From Candidatus Sumerlaeia bacterium (GTDB taxonomy: Bacteria > Sumerlaeota > Sumerlaeia > SLMS01 > JANRJK01): a stretch of DNA of 64,000 nt. Numbering within the stretch: the stretch's first letter is position 1; each line of letters starts with the position of its first letter. Of this stretch, positions 1-9,989 are shown in pieces. Made by a program: the position numbers and the translations under genes. The stretch is taken from assembly GCA_033764015.1 (NCBI GenBank), contig JANRJK010000002.1, positions 96,001-160,000 of the forward strand, written 5' to 3'. Under the pieces are notes generated by a model. That model saw nothing but the letters and a program-made list of their open reading frames with translations, did no database searches and was not told where the DNA came from.

Positions 1-33
1 GCAGTGGAGGTCGAAGAGGGTGGCGCTGCGCAT
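1..33 (-). CDS. 5' end of a gene running off the window; possible metal-dependent hydrolase (DLHC motif: PHP domain or M19 dipeptidase-like)
   Basis: Reverse strand from ATG at 33 reads MRSATLFDLHC; only 11 codons visible. Confidence 0.4.
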   Translation of the reverse strand, partial: MRSATLFDLHC

Positions 34-280
34 GGGCGGGTGCGCTTCCGGTCGGGAGCGGCATTCGCATTTACTTCGCCAAGTCGGGCTCCTGTCAACG
101 GCACCCTCCGGCGCGGCGCGGTTGCCGCGCCGGAGGCTTGGAAGCTGTGGAGAACTTGTGGAGCTTTTGCGCTTGCGGCTCTGGGGCCCGGAGCGACTTT
201 TGCCACTGTGCCCGACGCTGCGGGCACCACTCGTTCCTGCTCCCGCTCCCATTCCGCTCCCGCTCCAGAGGACACTATCC

Positions 281-541
281 ATGACCGAAACCGTCGAACC
301 CAGCAAGACACTGCGCGACCTGGTGGAATACATCGCGCGCGAGCTGGTGGACGATCCCCGCAACGTCACCGTCACCACGGTCGAAAGCGACACGGTCGTC
401 GTGATCGAACTGCTCGTGGCGAAGGAGGACGTCGGCAAGGTGATCGGCAAGGGCGGCCAGACCGCCAAGGCGCTCCGGAAGGTGATCTCCGCAGCCGCCA
501 CCAAGCATAAGAAGAAGTCGGTCCTCGACATCAAGGAATGA
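281..541 (+). CDS. khpA: KH-domain RNA-binding protein KhpA
   Basis: LVEYIARELVD...DVGKVIGKGGQTAKALR signature; GAGG RBS before ATG 281; ATGA overlap with rimM. Confidence 0.92.
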   Translation: MTETVEPSKTLRDLVEYIARELVDDPRNVTVTTVESDTVVVIELLVAKEDVGKVIGKGGQTAKALRKVISAAATKHKKKSVLDIKE

Positions 542-1092
542 CCGCCAGCGCGCCCGGGGACGGCTTCCTCGCGATCGGCGCGGTGGCCCGGGCCCATGCG
601 CTCCGGGGCGCCGTCGTCGTCAAGCCATTCGTCCGCGACCTCGAGCCGCTCCTGGCGGCCGGCCTTGAAGAGCTCCACCTGCGCCGCGGCGCCGCGCCTC
701 CGCGCGCGCACTCCATCCGCAGCATCGCGCCCTTCGGGGCCGGCATGCTCCTGCTCGCGCTCGAAGGCGTCGGCGACCGCACCGCCGCGGAAGCGCTCGT
801 CGGCTCCGAAATCCTCGTCCCGCGCGAGGACCTGTGGGAGCCCGCCGAGGGCGAGTACTTCATCGACGACTTGATCGGCCTCGAGGTGGTCGAGGACGCG
901 CCGGGCGCCCGCGCCTTCGGCCCCGTGCTCGACATCCGCGAGGGCGCCGGCCACGACCACCTCGTCTTCGCCCACCCGGACAAGCCCGGCCGCGAGGCGC
1001 TCCTCCCCTTCGTCGCCGAATTCATCCGCGACGTCGATCCCGCCGCCCGTCGCGTTCTGGTCCGCATCCCCGACGGCCTCTTCGAGCTTTGA
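538..1092 (+). CDS. rimM: 16S rRNA processing protein RimM
   Basis: IGAVARAHALRG, DRTAAEALVG, EGEYFIDDLIGLEV, LLPFV motifs; follows khpA. Confidence 0.92.
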   Translation: MTASAPGDGFLAIGAVARAHALRGAVVVKPFVRDLEPLLAAGLEELHLRRGAAPPRAHSIRSIAPFGAGMLLLALEGVGDRTAAEALVGSEILVPREDLWEPAEGEYFIDDLIGLEVVEDAPGARAFGPVLDIREGAGHDHLVFAHPDKPGREALLPFVAEFIRDVDPAARRVLVRIPDGLFEL

Positions 1093-1093
1093 C

Positions 1094-2002
1094 TTGAACC
1101 CCTTGGTCGTCCTGAAGGCGCTCCGGCCGAAGCAGTGGACGAAGAACCTGCTGCTCTTCGCGGGCATCGTCTTCGCACGGCAATGGGGCGACCCGGTCGC
1201 GCTGCGCAGCGCCTTCCTCGGCTTCCTCGTCTTCTGCCTGCTGAGCGGCGTGATCTACCTGGTCAACGACATCTGCGACCGCGAGAAGGACGCCCAGCAC
1301 CCGAAGAAGCGGCTGCGCCCGATCGCCTCCGGCGCGCTCTCCGTCGCCGCCGCCTGGGCGTGGGCCGCCTTCCTGCTCGTCGCGATGATGGGGCTGTCCA
1401 TCGCCGTCCTGCCGCTCAAGTTCACCATCGCGGCGGCGCTCTACGTGCTCCTCACCGTCGGCTACTCGTTCCTCTTCAAGCACGTCGCGATCCTCGACAT
1501 CCTGGTGCTCGCCATGGGCTTCGTGCTCCGCGCCGTGGCCGGCGTCGAGGCGATCAGCCGCCCCGACGCGCCCGTGCCGATCACCAGCTACTTCGTCCTG
1601 ACGACGCTCTTCCTCGCGCTGTTCCTCGCCATCTGCAAGCGCCGCAACGAACTGGTCACGCTCGGCGAGCACGCCGGCGAGCACCGCGCCGTCCTCTCGT
1701 CCTACAACACCCAGTACCTCGACCAGCTCGTGACGGTCGCCACCGCCGGCGTGCTCTTCAGCTACGCCCTCTGGACCACGCAGGGCAGCTTCGCCCAGGC
1801 GTCGCGCCCCAACATCGAGGCCTACACCATGGTGGCCACGATGCCGTTCGTCATCTTCGGCATCTTCCGCTACCTCTGGCTGGTCTACTCGCGCAACGAG
1901 GGGGGCGCGCCAGAGGCGCTGCTGCTGGAGGACCGGCCGCTGCTCGCCTCCGTCGCGCTCTGGTTCGCCGCCACCGTCGGCGTGCTCCTCTGGACGCGCT
2001 GA
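1094..2002 (+). CDS. UbiA-family decaprenyl-phosphate phosphoribosyltransferase-like membrane protein
   Basis: LRPKQWTKN, YLVNDICDREKDAQHPKKRLRPIASG, KRRNEL; multiple TM helices; TTG start. Confidence 0.88.
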   Translation: MNPLVVLKALRPKQWTKNLLLFAGIVFARQWGDPVALRSAFLGFLVFCLLSGVIYLVNDICDREKDAQHPKKRLRPIASGALSVAAAWAWAAFLLVAMMGLSIAVLPLKFTIAAALYVLLTVGYSFLFKHVAILDILVLAMGFVLRAVAGVEAISRPDAPVPITSYFVLTTLFLALFLAICKRRNELVTLGEHAGEHRAVLSSYNTQYLDQLVTVATAGVLFSYALWTTQGSFAQASRPNIEAYTMVATMPFVIFGIFRYLWLVYSRNEGGAPEALLLEDRPLLASVALWFAATVGVLLWTR

Positions 2003-2069
2003 GAGCAGCCCTTGCCACCGTGCCCGCGGACGGGCTCCAATACCTTCGCGTTTCGATGAAGAGGAACCC

Positions 2070-3080
2070 ATGAGCGACAAGAAAATCCGCGCCGCCGTCA
2101 TCGGCGTCGGCCACCTCGGGCAGCACCACGCCCGCAACTACGCGCAGAACCCCCGCGCCGACCTGCTCTACGTCTGCGATTCCAACAAGGCGCAGGCCGA
2201 GAAGATCGGCAAGGCGTGGAACGCGATTCCCATCACCGACCCGGCCGAGCTCGTCGGCAAGGTCGACGCCGTCAGCATCGCCACCCCGACCGTCACCCAC
2301 TTCGACATCGGCGAGCTGATGCTCAAGAACGGCATCCACTGCCTGATCGAAAAGCCCGTCTGCGACAACGTGGTCGAAGCCGCCAAGCTGGCCGTCACCG
2401 CCGCGCGCAACTCGCTCATCCTACAGGTCGGCCACATCGAACACTTCAACATGGCCGTCCAGCGGTTCATGGAGATCCTCACCACGCCGCGCTTCATCGA
2501 ATGCCACCGGATCGGACCCTTCAATCCGCGCGTGAAGGACGTCGGCGTCGTCATGGACCTGATGATCCACGACATCGACATCATCCTCCGCATCGTCCAA
2601 TCCGAGATCAAGAGCATCGAAGCGGTCGGCATCCCCATCGTCACGGAACGCGAGGACATCGCCAACGCGCGCATCGTCTTCGAATCCGGCTGCATCGCCA
2701 ACATCACCGTGTCGCGCGTGACCCCCAAGCCGCTCCGCAAGCTCCGCGTCTTCCAGGACGACGCCTACGTCTCCCTCGACTACGCCAAGCAGGCGATGGA
2801 AGTGTACCGCCGAGTGCCGAACCCGGACTACGAGCGCCCCGGCGACGCGCGCTTCCTCATCGAGTCCAAGAAGCTGCGGATCAAGCGCGAGGAACCCCTC
2901 ATGCTCGAGATCGACCACTTCCTCGACTGCGTCCAGCGCGGCCGCACGCCGCGCACCGACGGCACGCAGGCGATGGAGGCCCTCGACGTGGTGATCCGCA
3001 TCACGGAGCTGATCCGCCAGAAGCAGACGTCGCTCCCCGCGGAACTGCTAACGATGCCCGGCGTCGCCGCACCGCGCTGA
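2070..3080 (+). CDS. Gfo/Idh/MocA oxidoreductase, GnnA-like (UDP-GlcNAc 3-dehydrogenase candidate)
   Basis: VIGVGHLGQHHAR, EKP, QVGHIE, DLMIHDID, DIANARI; directly upstream of lpxB. Confidence 0.85.
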   Translation: MSDKKIRAAVIGVGHLGQHHARNYAQNPRADLLYVCDSNKAQAEKIGKAWNAIPITDPAELVGKVDAVSIATPTVTHFDIGELMLKNGIHCLIEKPVCDNVVEAAKLAVTAARNSLILQVGHIEHFNMAVQRFMEILTTPRFIECHRIGPFNPRVKDVGVVMDLMIHDIDIILRIVQSEIKSIEAVGIPIVTEREDIANARIVFESGCIANITVSRVTPKPLRKLRVFQDDAYVSLDYAKQAMEVYRRVPNPDYERPGDARFLIESKKLRIKREEPLMLEIDHFLDCVQRGRTPRTDGTQAMEALDVVIRITELIRQKQTSLPAELLTMPGVAAPR

Positions 3081-3102
3081 GGCGCACGCCCGGAGTGCCA
3101 CC

Positions 3103-4296
3103 GTGCGCGAGCTGACCTTCTACGTCATCGCCGGCGAGAACTCCGGCGACCTGCACGGGGCGAACCTGCTCAAGGCGATCAAGCGCCTGTACCCCCGCAG
3201 CCGCTTCATCGGCCTCGGAGGCAAGCAGCTCAAAGCCGCCGGCATGGAGCTCGAATCCAACATCGTCAACGACCTCGCCATCATCGGCCTGGTTGGGGTC
3301 CTGCAAAACCTCGGCCGCATCCGCCGCCTTTTCATCCGCACGATGTCGACACTCCGGCGCGAGCGCCCCGACGGCATCATCCTGATCGACTACCCGGGCT
3401 ACAACATCCGCATCGCCGCGCGCGCCAAGAAGCTCGGCATCCCGGTCATCTGGTACATCAGTCCCCAGGTCTGGGCTTGGCACGGCTCGCGGAAGTTCAC
3501 GCTCGCGGAAGTGGTCACCAAGATGGTCGTCATCTTCCCCTTCGAGAAACCGATCTACGAAGAGCTGAAGATGGATGTCGAGTACGTCGGACACCCCCTT
3601 TTCGACGTCATCAAGATCGACCAGACCAAGGAAGAGGTTTACGCCGAGTTCGCCCTCGATCCCGCCAAGCCCCTCATCACCATCGTCCCCGGCTCGCGCA
3701 CGAAGGAGGTCGAGGCATTCCTCCACACGATGCTGGAAGGGGCTAAGCGCTACCACGAGAGGCACCCCGACACCCAGTTCGCCATCATCCGCGCGACAAC
3801 CATCGATGCGGACCTGATCCGCAAGCGCATCAAGGAAGCGGGCCTCCCGTTCGAAGTGCCCATCGTTGAAAGACTTCGTTACAACCTGCGCTCGCACTGC
3901 GACTTCTCATGGGTGAAGAGCGGCACGAGCACTCTGGAGGCCGCCATCATGGGTGGCCCGATGCTGATTGTGTATCGAACCAATTACTTGACTTGGGCCA
4001 TTGGAAAGGAAATCTTCACCATTGGATACATTGGCCTTCCGAACATCGTCGCCAACAACCGCATCGTCCCCGAATTGCTTCAAGACCAATTCACTCCCCA
4101 GAACCTCGTGGACATCACAGAGCATTATCTGCTCAGCCCGGAGCGCTACGCATCAATGAAGGAAGAGTTGGCGCGCGTGCGCAGAAAACTCGGTGGCCCG
4201 GGAGCTTCGGAGAGAACCGCCTTGGCCGTTCTGGATGCCGTCGGCGCCAAACCCAACGAGGAGGTCCAGATCGCCAGTGCGATTCCAACAACTTGA
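3103..4296 (+). CDS. lpxB: Lipid-A-disaccharide synthase
   Basis: IAGENSGDLHG, IDYPGYN, SPQVWAW, FPFE, YVGHP, PGSR, KSGTSTLE, IGLPNI. Confidence 0.95.
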   Translation: MRELTFYVIAGENSGDLHGANLLKAIKRLYPRSRFIGLGGKQLKAAGMELESNIVNDLAIIGLVGVLQNLGRIRRLFIRTMSTLRRERPDGIILIDYPGYNIRIAARAKKLGIPVIWYISPQVWAWHGSRKFTLAEVVTKMVVIFPFEKPIYEELKMDVEYVGHPLFDVIKIDQTKEEVYAEFALDPAKPLITIVPGSRTKEVEAFLHTMLEGAKRYHERHPDTQFAIIRATTIDADLIRKRIKEAGLPFEVPIVERLRYNLRSHCDFSWVKSGTSTLEAAIMGGPMLIVYRTNYLTWAIGKEIFTIGYIGLPNIVANNRIVPELLQDQFTPQNLVDITEHYLLSPERYASMKEELARVRRKLGGPGASERTALAVLDAVGAKPNEEVQIASAIPTT

Positions 4297-4813
4297 CCTT
4301 CCCGGCCTCGTGCTTATCACCCCCAAGGTGTTTGAGGACGAGCGCGGCTTCTTCTTGGAAACATACCGCAAGGATCAACTCCTGGCAGCGGGCATTGCGG
4401 TGGACTTCGTGCAAGACAACCACTCGAAGTCCCGCAAAGGCACGGTGCGCGGTCTGCACTACCAGACCTCTCCGGGGCAGGCCAAACTGATCCGATGCAC
4501 CAAAGGCGCGATCTGGGATATAGCTGTGGACATCCGACCCGATTCGGAGACCTTCGGCAAGTGGGTGGGTGTTGAACTGTCGGAGAACAACAAGCAATTG
4601 ATCTACATTCCCATCGGCTTCGCCCACGGGTTCGCTGTGCTCTCCGACGAAGCCGAGGTGCAGTACAAGTGCAGTAACTACTACGATGGAGCCACCGAGG
4701 CCGGCATCGCATGGAATGATCCCGAGGTCGCCGTCGATTGGAAGGTGTCCGCTCCCATCCTGAGCGTACGCGACCAGAACAATCCCCCACTTGCTTCGCT
4801 AAGAAAGAAGTAG
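4277..4813 (+). CDS. rfbC: dTDP-4-dehydrorhamnose 3,5-epimerase
   Basis: FEDERGFFLE, VQDNHS, RGLHYQ, AVDIR, GFAHGF; GTG 4277 with GAGGAGG RBS. Confidence 0.93.
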   Translation: MRFQQLDLPGLVLITPKVFEDERGFFLETYRKDQLLAAGIAVDFVQDNHSKSRKGTVRGLHYQTSPGQAKLIRCTKGAIWDIAVDIRPDSETFGKWVGVELSENNKQLIYIPIGFAHGFAVLSDEAEVQYKCSNYYDGATEAGIAWNDPEVAVDWKVSAPILSVRDQNNPPLASLRKK

Positions 4814-4816
4814 CTG

Positions 4817-6301
4817 ATGAAGGACCTTCCCCTTGTCGCAATCGTTGGCCGCCCGAACGTCGGGAAGTCTACTTTATTCAACCGGATCATCGGCCATCGC
4901 GAGGCGCTTGTGCACGAATCCCCCGGCATGACGCGCGACCGCAAATACGGCCGCGCCGAATATGCGGGAAAGCCGTTCCTGGTAATAGATACCGGCGGCT
5001 ATGAAGAGCAAACCGACTCGCAGATACTCGCCCGGATGCGTGAGCAAACGATGAATGCCATCGAGGAGGCGGATTCGATTCTCCTCGTCATGGATGGCCG
5101 CGAGCCGGCGCACCCGGTCGATCATGAACTAGTCCGAATCCTCCGCGAGAACAACAGGGCCTTTACGCTCGTAGTGAACAAGTGTGAGAACGAGAACCTC
5201 GTCGCGCAGGCGTACGCCGATTTCAGCGGTTATGGCCTACCGCAGGTGTACCCCGTCTCCGCGATGCACGGCGAAGGCATGTTCGATCTCCTTGATGAAG
5301 TAACGAAGGATTTCGCCACCGGCGAAGAAGAGTACGACCCTACGCGGCTCTCCGTTGCCATCGTTGGGCGGGTGAATGTCGGAAAGTCGACGCTCATTAA
5401 TCGCCTGCTGGGTGAGGAGCGAGTGATCGCCTCCCCCGTGCCGGGCACGACCCGCGACAGCATCGACACCGAGATCACTGTCAACGGCCAGCAGTTCACC
5501 CTGATCGACACCGCCGGAATCCGACGCCGCTCGCGCATCGAGCGCGGCGCCGAGGCCCTCTCCGTTCACGCATCCCTTCGTGCCATTGAGCGCGCGGAAG
5601 TCTGCTTGCTCTTGATGGATGCCACCGAGGGTGTCACCGATCAAGACCAGCACATCGCTGGCTACATTCAAGAGCGCAAGCGCGCCTGCATCCTCGTGGT
5701 CAACAAGTGGGATGCCATCGAAAAGGACAACGAAACGCACGGCGCCTACATCAAGATGCTCCGGAAGGAGTTCGGTTTCCTCAAGTGGGCTCCGATCCTG
5801 ACAATCAGCGGCAAGACTGGCCAGCGCGCCTCGAAGCTGTGGGCGCTCATCCGTATGTGTTCGGCGCAGTTCCGGCGTGAGTTCTCCACGCGCGAACTCA
5901 ATCTCGTGCTCAAGAAGGCGCTCGCGTTCGTTTCGCCCCCCACCCGCAAGAGCCAGCCCTTCAGCATCAAGTACGTCACGCAAACCGGGTACCGGCCGCC
6001 GGAGCTGACGCTCTTCGTCAATGATCCCAAGCTCTGCCACTTCAGCTACTTCCGCTACCTCGAGAACCAATTCCGGATGCAGCTCGACATGCAGGGATCG
6101 CCCATCATCCTGACATTGAAGCGGAAGGCCCCACCGCGTGGCTGGGAGCGAAACCTCGAGTTCGCCGGTCAGGAGCAGCTCAAGCGCGACCGTCGAATGC
6201 TACAGCTCGAGGAAGACTACGTAGCTGCCTCCTTCGATGAGGATGACGGAGTCCAGTTCGAGTATGTCTTCGAAAACGAAGACGAGGACGACGAAACCTG
6301 A
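4817..6301 (+). CDS. der: Ribosome biogenesis GTPase Der/EngA with acidic C-terminal tail
   Basis: Two G domains (GRPNVGKS/DTGG/NKCE; GRVNVGKS/DTAG/NKWD) plus KH-like domain. Confidence 0.96.
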   Translation: MKDLPLVAIVGRPNVGKSTLFNRIIGHREALVHESPGMTRDRKYGRAEYAGKPFLVIDTGGYEEQTDSQILARMREQTMNAIEEADSILLVMDGREPAHPVDHELVRILRENNRAFTLVVNKCENENLVAQAYADFSGYGLPQVYPVSAMHGEGMFDLLDEVTKDFATGEEEYDPTRLSVAIVGRVNVGKSTLINRLLGEERVIASPVPGTTRDSIDTEITVNGQQFTLIDTAGIRRRSRIERGAEALSVHASLRAIERAEVCLLLMDATEGVTDQDQHIAGYIQERKRACILVVNKWDAIEKDNETHGAYIKMLRKEFGFLKWAPILTISGKTGQRASKLWALIRMCSAQFRREFSTRELNLVLKKALAFVSPPTRKSQPFSIKYVTQTGYRPPELTLFVNDPKLCHFSYFRYLENQFRMQLDMQGSPIILTLKRKAPPRGWERNLEFAGQEQLKRDRRMLQLEEDYVAASFDEDDGVQFEYVFENEDEDDET

Positions 6302-6351
6302 AATCCCCAGACACCTCTCCCGGTGAAGGCGGCTCAGCCCACCGGGGATCT

Positions 6352-7905
6352 TTGGTCTTTTGGAGCGTGTTTGTTGCGCTGGTGATGACTGGTCGGGCAG
6401 CGGTCGCCGTCTATGTTTACCGAACTCTTCTGTTCGTGCAGTCGGACGAAGACCTTGCCCGTTACTGGTGGATGTTCCGGCTCTTTCGAACAAAGCTTTG
6501 GGACGACCCCGATCCCGGCTGGCTGGTACGGAACTTCTCTTGGACCGGACATATTCCCTACCTCCCTTTGCAGATGTTCCTACTTGAACCATTGTGCGGT
6601 CGTGGCGAACTGCACACTCCTGCAATCCTCGCAGTCCAGACCGGCTTCCATGCGGTGACAACATGTCTCGTGGCGGCTATTGCGTACTTTCTGGCCAAGG
6701 GCTCTCGCTTCGCCGCCGGAACCGCCGCCATCTTGATGTTCGCCTCGGCGAAGCTGAACATAATCGGGACCGGGTTCCTGACGGAGCCAATGTTCTACAC
6801 GTTCCTTTCCGCGATGGCGCTCGCCACTGTGCTCATTCTGGAGCGTGGCTTCAGTTGGCGGTGGATCCTCCTGTTCGGAGCAGGTGCATTCCTTGCGCAG
6901 TCGATCCGCTACGAAGCGTGGCCGGTCGCATTCCTCTTCATCGCCCTGATGGCCTGGCCCTTCGACCGGCTCCACGCGCCCAAGTTGCTCGCAGCGGCGG
7001 CGATGTCGTCGGTCTTCCCCGCTTTCTGGTTGTTCGTCCATTGGTCGATCTCGGGCGACCCGCTCCACTTCCTCCAACTTACGCGGGAGCACTTCGCGCT
7101 CAACGTCGCCGAAGGCTCGCGCCTCGGGTTCGCGCTGCGCCTTTGGGCCGGGCAGGAACTGAACACGGTCTTCGTCTGGGTGGTGGCGGTACCGGTCGTT
7201 CTGCAGCCGTGGCGCAGCGGGCGCGCGATGGCGTTCGCGGCGATCGCCATCGCGGCCCTGATCACAGTCCTCAACGCGAAGGGTGCCGGTGGCTTCGCGT
7301 TCCCCGAGCGGTTCTGGCTCTCCGCCTACGTGCTCGCGATTCCCGTGGCCGCGGCGCGGCTCGATCTCGGGGTGCGCTCATCGAGCCCCAGCCTGCCCGC
7401 CCGGTTGCCTTGGGTGATCGCCCTGTTCGGCATCTCGAACGCCGTCTTCGAAATGCGATGGTCCGACAGGCCGCTGGTCGAGCGCTGGGACTACGACGCC
7501 ATGCGCGAAGCGATCCGCGCCGTGCGCGCCGACCCGATGGCGGAGGGCCAGCGCACGCTTGTCTGGATGGACAGCGGCCGCGGTGGCTTCCATCAGATCC
7601 TCCCAAACCTCCAGGTGCCCGGACGATGGGAGACGCTGCCCATCCCCACGGACTCGCCGCTACTGGACCGCGATGCGCCGCTCGGCCCGCGCGTGGTCCT
7701 GGTGGAGCGGGGCAGCCGCCCAACCGGCGCCGCGGCGGAACGCGCCCCGGAACCATTCCGGACGAAGCACATGCCGTGGGACGTCTACCTGTTCACAAAC
7801 CAACCGGTGGCCGGGTTGTCCGGCGCCAAGGGCGGCGCTCCGGCCCCACCATCGCCCGCCGACCCCGCGCTTGTGGACGCGATCGCCGATAGCCCGCGGC
7901 CGTGA
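6352..7905 (+). CDS. Multi-pass membrane protein, GT-C fold glycosyltransferase-like (start uncertain)
   Basis: SDE motif after TM1, LTEP, RYE and ERF motifs, about 10 TM helices, soluble C-terminal region. Confidence 0.6.
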   Translation: MVFWSVFVALVMTGRAAVAVYVYRTLLFVQSDEDLARYWWMFRLFRTKLWDDPDPGWLVRNFSWTGHIPYLPLQMFLLEPLCGRGELHTPAILAVQTGFHAVTTCLVAAIAYFLAKGSRFAAGTAAILMFASAKLNIIGTGFLTEPMFYTFLSAMALATVLILERGFSWRWILLFGAGAFLAQSIRYEAWPVAFLFIALMAWPFDRLHAPKLLAAAAMSSVFPAFWLFVHWSISGDPLHFLQLTREHFALNVAEGSRLGFALRLWAGQELNTVFVWVVAVPVVLQPWRSGRAMAFAAIAIAALITVLNAKGAGGFAFPERFWLSAYVLAIPVAAARLDLGVRSSSPSLPARLPWVIALFGISNAVFEMRWSDRPLVERWDYDAMREAIRAVRADPMAEGQRTLVWMDSGRGGFHQILPNLQVPGRWETLPIPTDSPLLDRDAPLGPRVVLVERGSRPTGAAAERAPEPFRTKHMPWDVYLFTNQPVAGLSGAKGGAPAPPSPADPALVDAIADSPRP

Positions 7906-7909
7906 TCCC

Positions 7910-8371
7910 TTAGGCCGCCCCTGATAAAGGCGACTCCGACTGCCAGTGGTCCAGGAGCCGCACCGCCACCAGCATCGCCAGCGCGCCCGCCGCGTACATG
8001 AAAAGGTCGTGCGCGCCGTCGTGGTCGGCGATGAGCCGCTTGCCGAAGCCGAGCTGCGCGAAGACGACCACGCTGTGCGCCAGCGCCAGCGAGAGCACCG
8101 ACGCCTTCCGCCCCGGCAGCCACTCGCCGCGCAGCAGCGAGCCGACGGCGATCAGCGCGCCGAGCACCTCGAGGATCGCGATGGAGTAGTACGACAGGAA
8201 CATGCCGGGGAACTTCGCGAGGATCGTTTCGCCGAAGGTGCCGACGAACCATTCGGGCACGCCGGGACTCGTGATCTTCCCAAAGCCGGTCAGGCCCCAC
8301 GTGAAGGCGAGCAGTCCGGCGACGGCGGCGACGACGAGGCTGCGGGTGATGACTTCGAGTTTCTTGTCCAA
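7910..8371 (-). CDS. DoxX-like small membrane protein
   Basis: GFGKI...EWFVGTFGET...IAILE...FGKRLIADHDGAHDLFMY; 4 TM; TTG start inferred. Confidence 0.65.
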   Translation of the reverse strand: MDKKLEVITRSLVVAAVAGLLAFTWGLTGFGKITSPGVPEWFVGTFGETILAKFPGMFLSYYSIAILEVLGALIAVGSLLRGEWLPGRKASVLSLALAHSVVVFAQLGFGKRLIADHDGAHDLFMYAAGALAMLVAVRLLDHWQSESPLSGAA

Positions 8372-8485
8372 GGGAAGTGGCTCCCGGGTGGTTTGAGGGC
8401 GCGGCGACCGCGCCGCGGGGCGCTCGTGCAAGTTCCACGCACATTCCGCCTTGGCGCCGCGGAGCCCGCTTCGCATCGTCGCGCA

Positions 8486-9988
8486 ATGGAAGCGAATCCC
8501 CTTGAGATTGCCGCACCCGGCGCCAAGTCCGGGGGCCTGCCCACGCTCCTCGGCGCGTTCCTCCTTGGCTTCGCGTTGGTCGCGGTCGCGACGCTTCCCG
8601 CGGCAAGACGCCTGATCAGCTATGACGACCTGGCGCATCTGCATTTGTACGCGAAAGCGAACCAAGGCCGTTCCGCCGCTGAGATCCTCCGCCTGCCGCA
8701 TTGGCAGGATCGCGACATCGCGCCGCAATGGCGTCCGCTGCCAAAGCTACTGTGGAGCCGCACGCCCATCGAGCGCGGCGGCGACGCGGTCCGTCCCTGG
8801 TTCCTGACGGTGCTGTTGGCGGGTGCCTGTTCGGCGGGTTTCGCCGGGGTGCTGCGCCGCCGTTCGATGGCTCCCGGCGCGCTGCTGCTCTGCGCGCTGC
8901 CGCTGCTCCATGGCGTCGCGTCGGACGTCGTGCTCCCGTTCGTCGGCCAATCGGACCTGATCGCCGCCGTCGGTGTGCTGATCGCCTGGGGCGCCCTTGC
9001 GCGGGGCGGCGCGGCGGGGATGGCGCTCGGTGCGGTGGCCTTCGCGGTCGCTGTGCTGGCCAAGGAAAGCGCATTTCCGGCGATCGCCGCGGTGCCCTTT
9101 GCGATCTACTTCGGCGCGGGAGGGCAGCGCCTTCGTCGTCGACGGGCGCTGGCCGCGTTCGCCGTCCTCGCCGTCGTGCTCGCCCTGCGGTTCGCGGGCG
9201 AATCCGCCGTGTTCGGCTCCATCGGCGCGGCGCCGCAGGGTGCTTCCCGCGGCTTTGTCGAAGGCGAGCGGAGGGTCGGCGCCGCCGAACTGGCCGGGCG
9301 CTACGCCGCGGCGCTCGCCATCCCGCGCGCCACGCTGGTCGACTACACGTTCCTCAAGCAACCCGGCGTGGGCGCCGGCATGTACCCGCTGGTGGGGGCG
9401 CTGGCGCTGGCGGGCGCCGCGGCGTCGACCGCCTTCGCGCTGCGGCGGACGACTGCCTCGAAAGCCTGCGCCCGCGCGTTGCGTCTTCGGCGGGACATCG
9501 TGCTCGGAGTTGGCTGGGCAGTGCTCTTCCTGCTTCCCTACGGCCATCCACTCATCGCCGCCAGCTCCGTCTGGAGCGGCCGCTTCGCTTTCATCTCGTT
9601 GTTCGGAGTGGCTTGGGTCGCCGCCGCGTTGATGGACTTCCAACGCCCGTCCGCCCGGGGCGCCAGGGCCGTGCTCGGCTGCCTAGCCACCGTGCTGCTC
9701 GCCGGGATGTTCCTCCGGGCGGGGGAGTACCGCGCGCCGAAGCTCCTGTGGTCCGCGGAGGCGCGCCGCGAGCCGCGCAGCGCCGTCGCGTGGAAGAACC
9801 TGGCGGGCGCGCTCCAGCGCGATGGCGATCTGCCCGGCGCCCTGGATGCCGCGAAGCGCAGCGCGGAGCTTTGGCCCGCGAACCCCGGCATGTGGCGCGG
9901 ACTCGCGACCATCGCCGCCGCGGCGGGCAACCGCGGGGAACAGGAGCGCGCCGCCGCGAAGCTCGCGGAACTCGGCGTCGCGCCTTGA
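8486..9988 (+). CDS. TMTC-like GT-C membrane protein with C-terminal TPRs
   Basis: YDD, WRPL, LAKESA, GRF, LW...P motifs followed by TPR-like AWKNLAGAL. Confidence 0.65.
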   Translation: MEANPLEIAAPGAKSGGLPTLLGAFLLGFALVAVATLPAARRLISYDDLAHLHLYAKANQGRSAAEILRLPHWQDRDIAPQWRPLPKLLWSRTPIERGGDAVRPWFLTVLLAGACSAGFAGVLRRRSMAPGALLLCALPLLHGVASDVVLPFVGQSDLIAAVGVLIAWGALARGGAAGMALGAVAFAVAVLAKESAFPAIAAVPFAIYFGAGGQRLRRRRALAAFAVLAVVLALRFAGESAVFGSIGAAPQGASRGFVEGERRVGAAELAGRYAAALAIPRATLVDYTFLKQPGVGAGMYPLVGALALAGAAASTAFALRRTTASKACARALRLRRDIVLGVGWAVLFLLPYGHPLIAASSVWSGRFAFISLFGVAWVAAALMDFQRPSARGARAVLGCLATVLLAGMFLRAGEYRAPKLLWSAEARREPRSAVAWKNLAGALQRDGDLPGALDAAKRSAELWPANPGMWRGLATIAAAAGNRGEQERAAAKLAELGVAP

Positions 9989-9989
9989 T

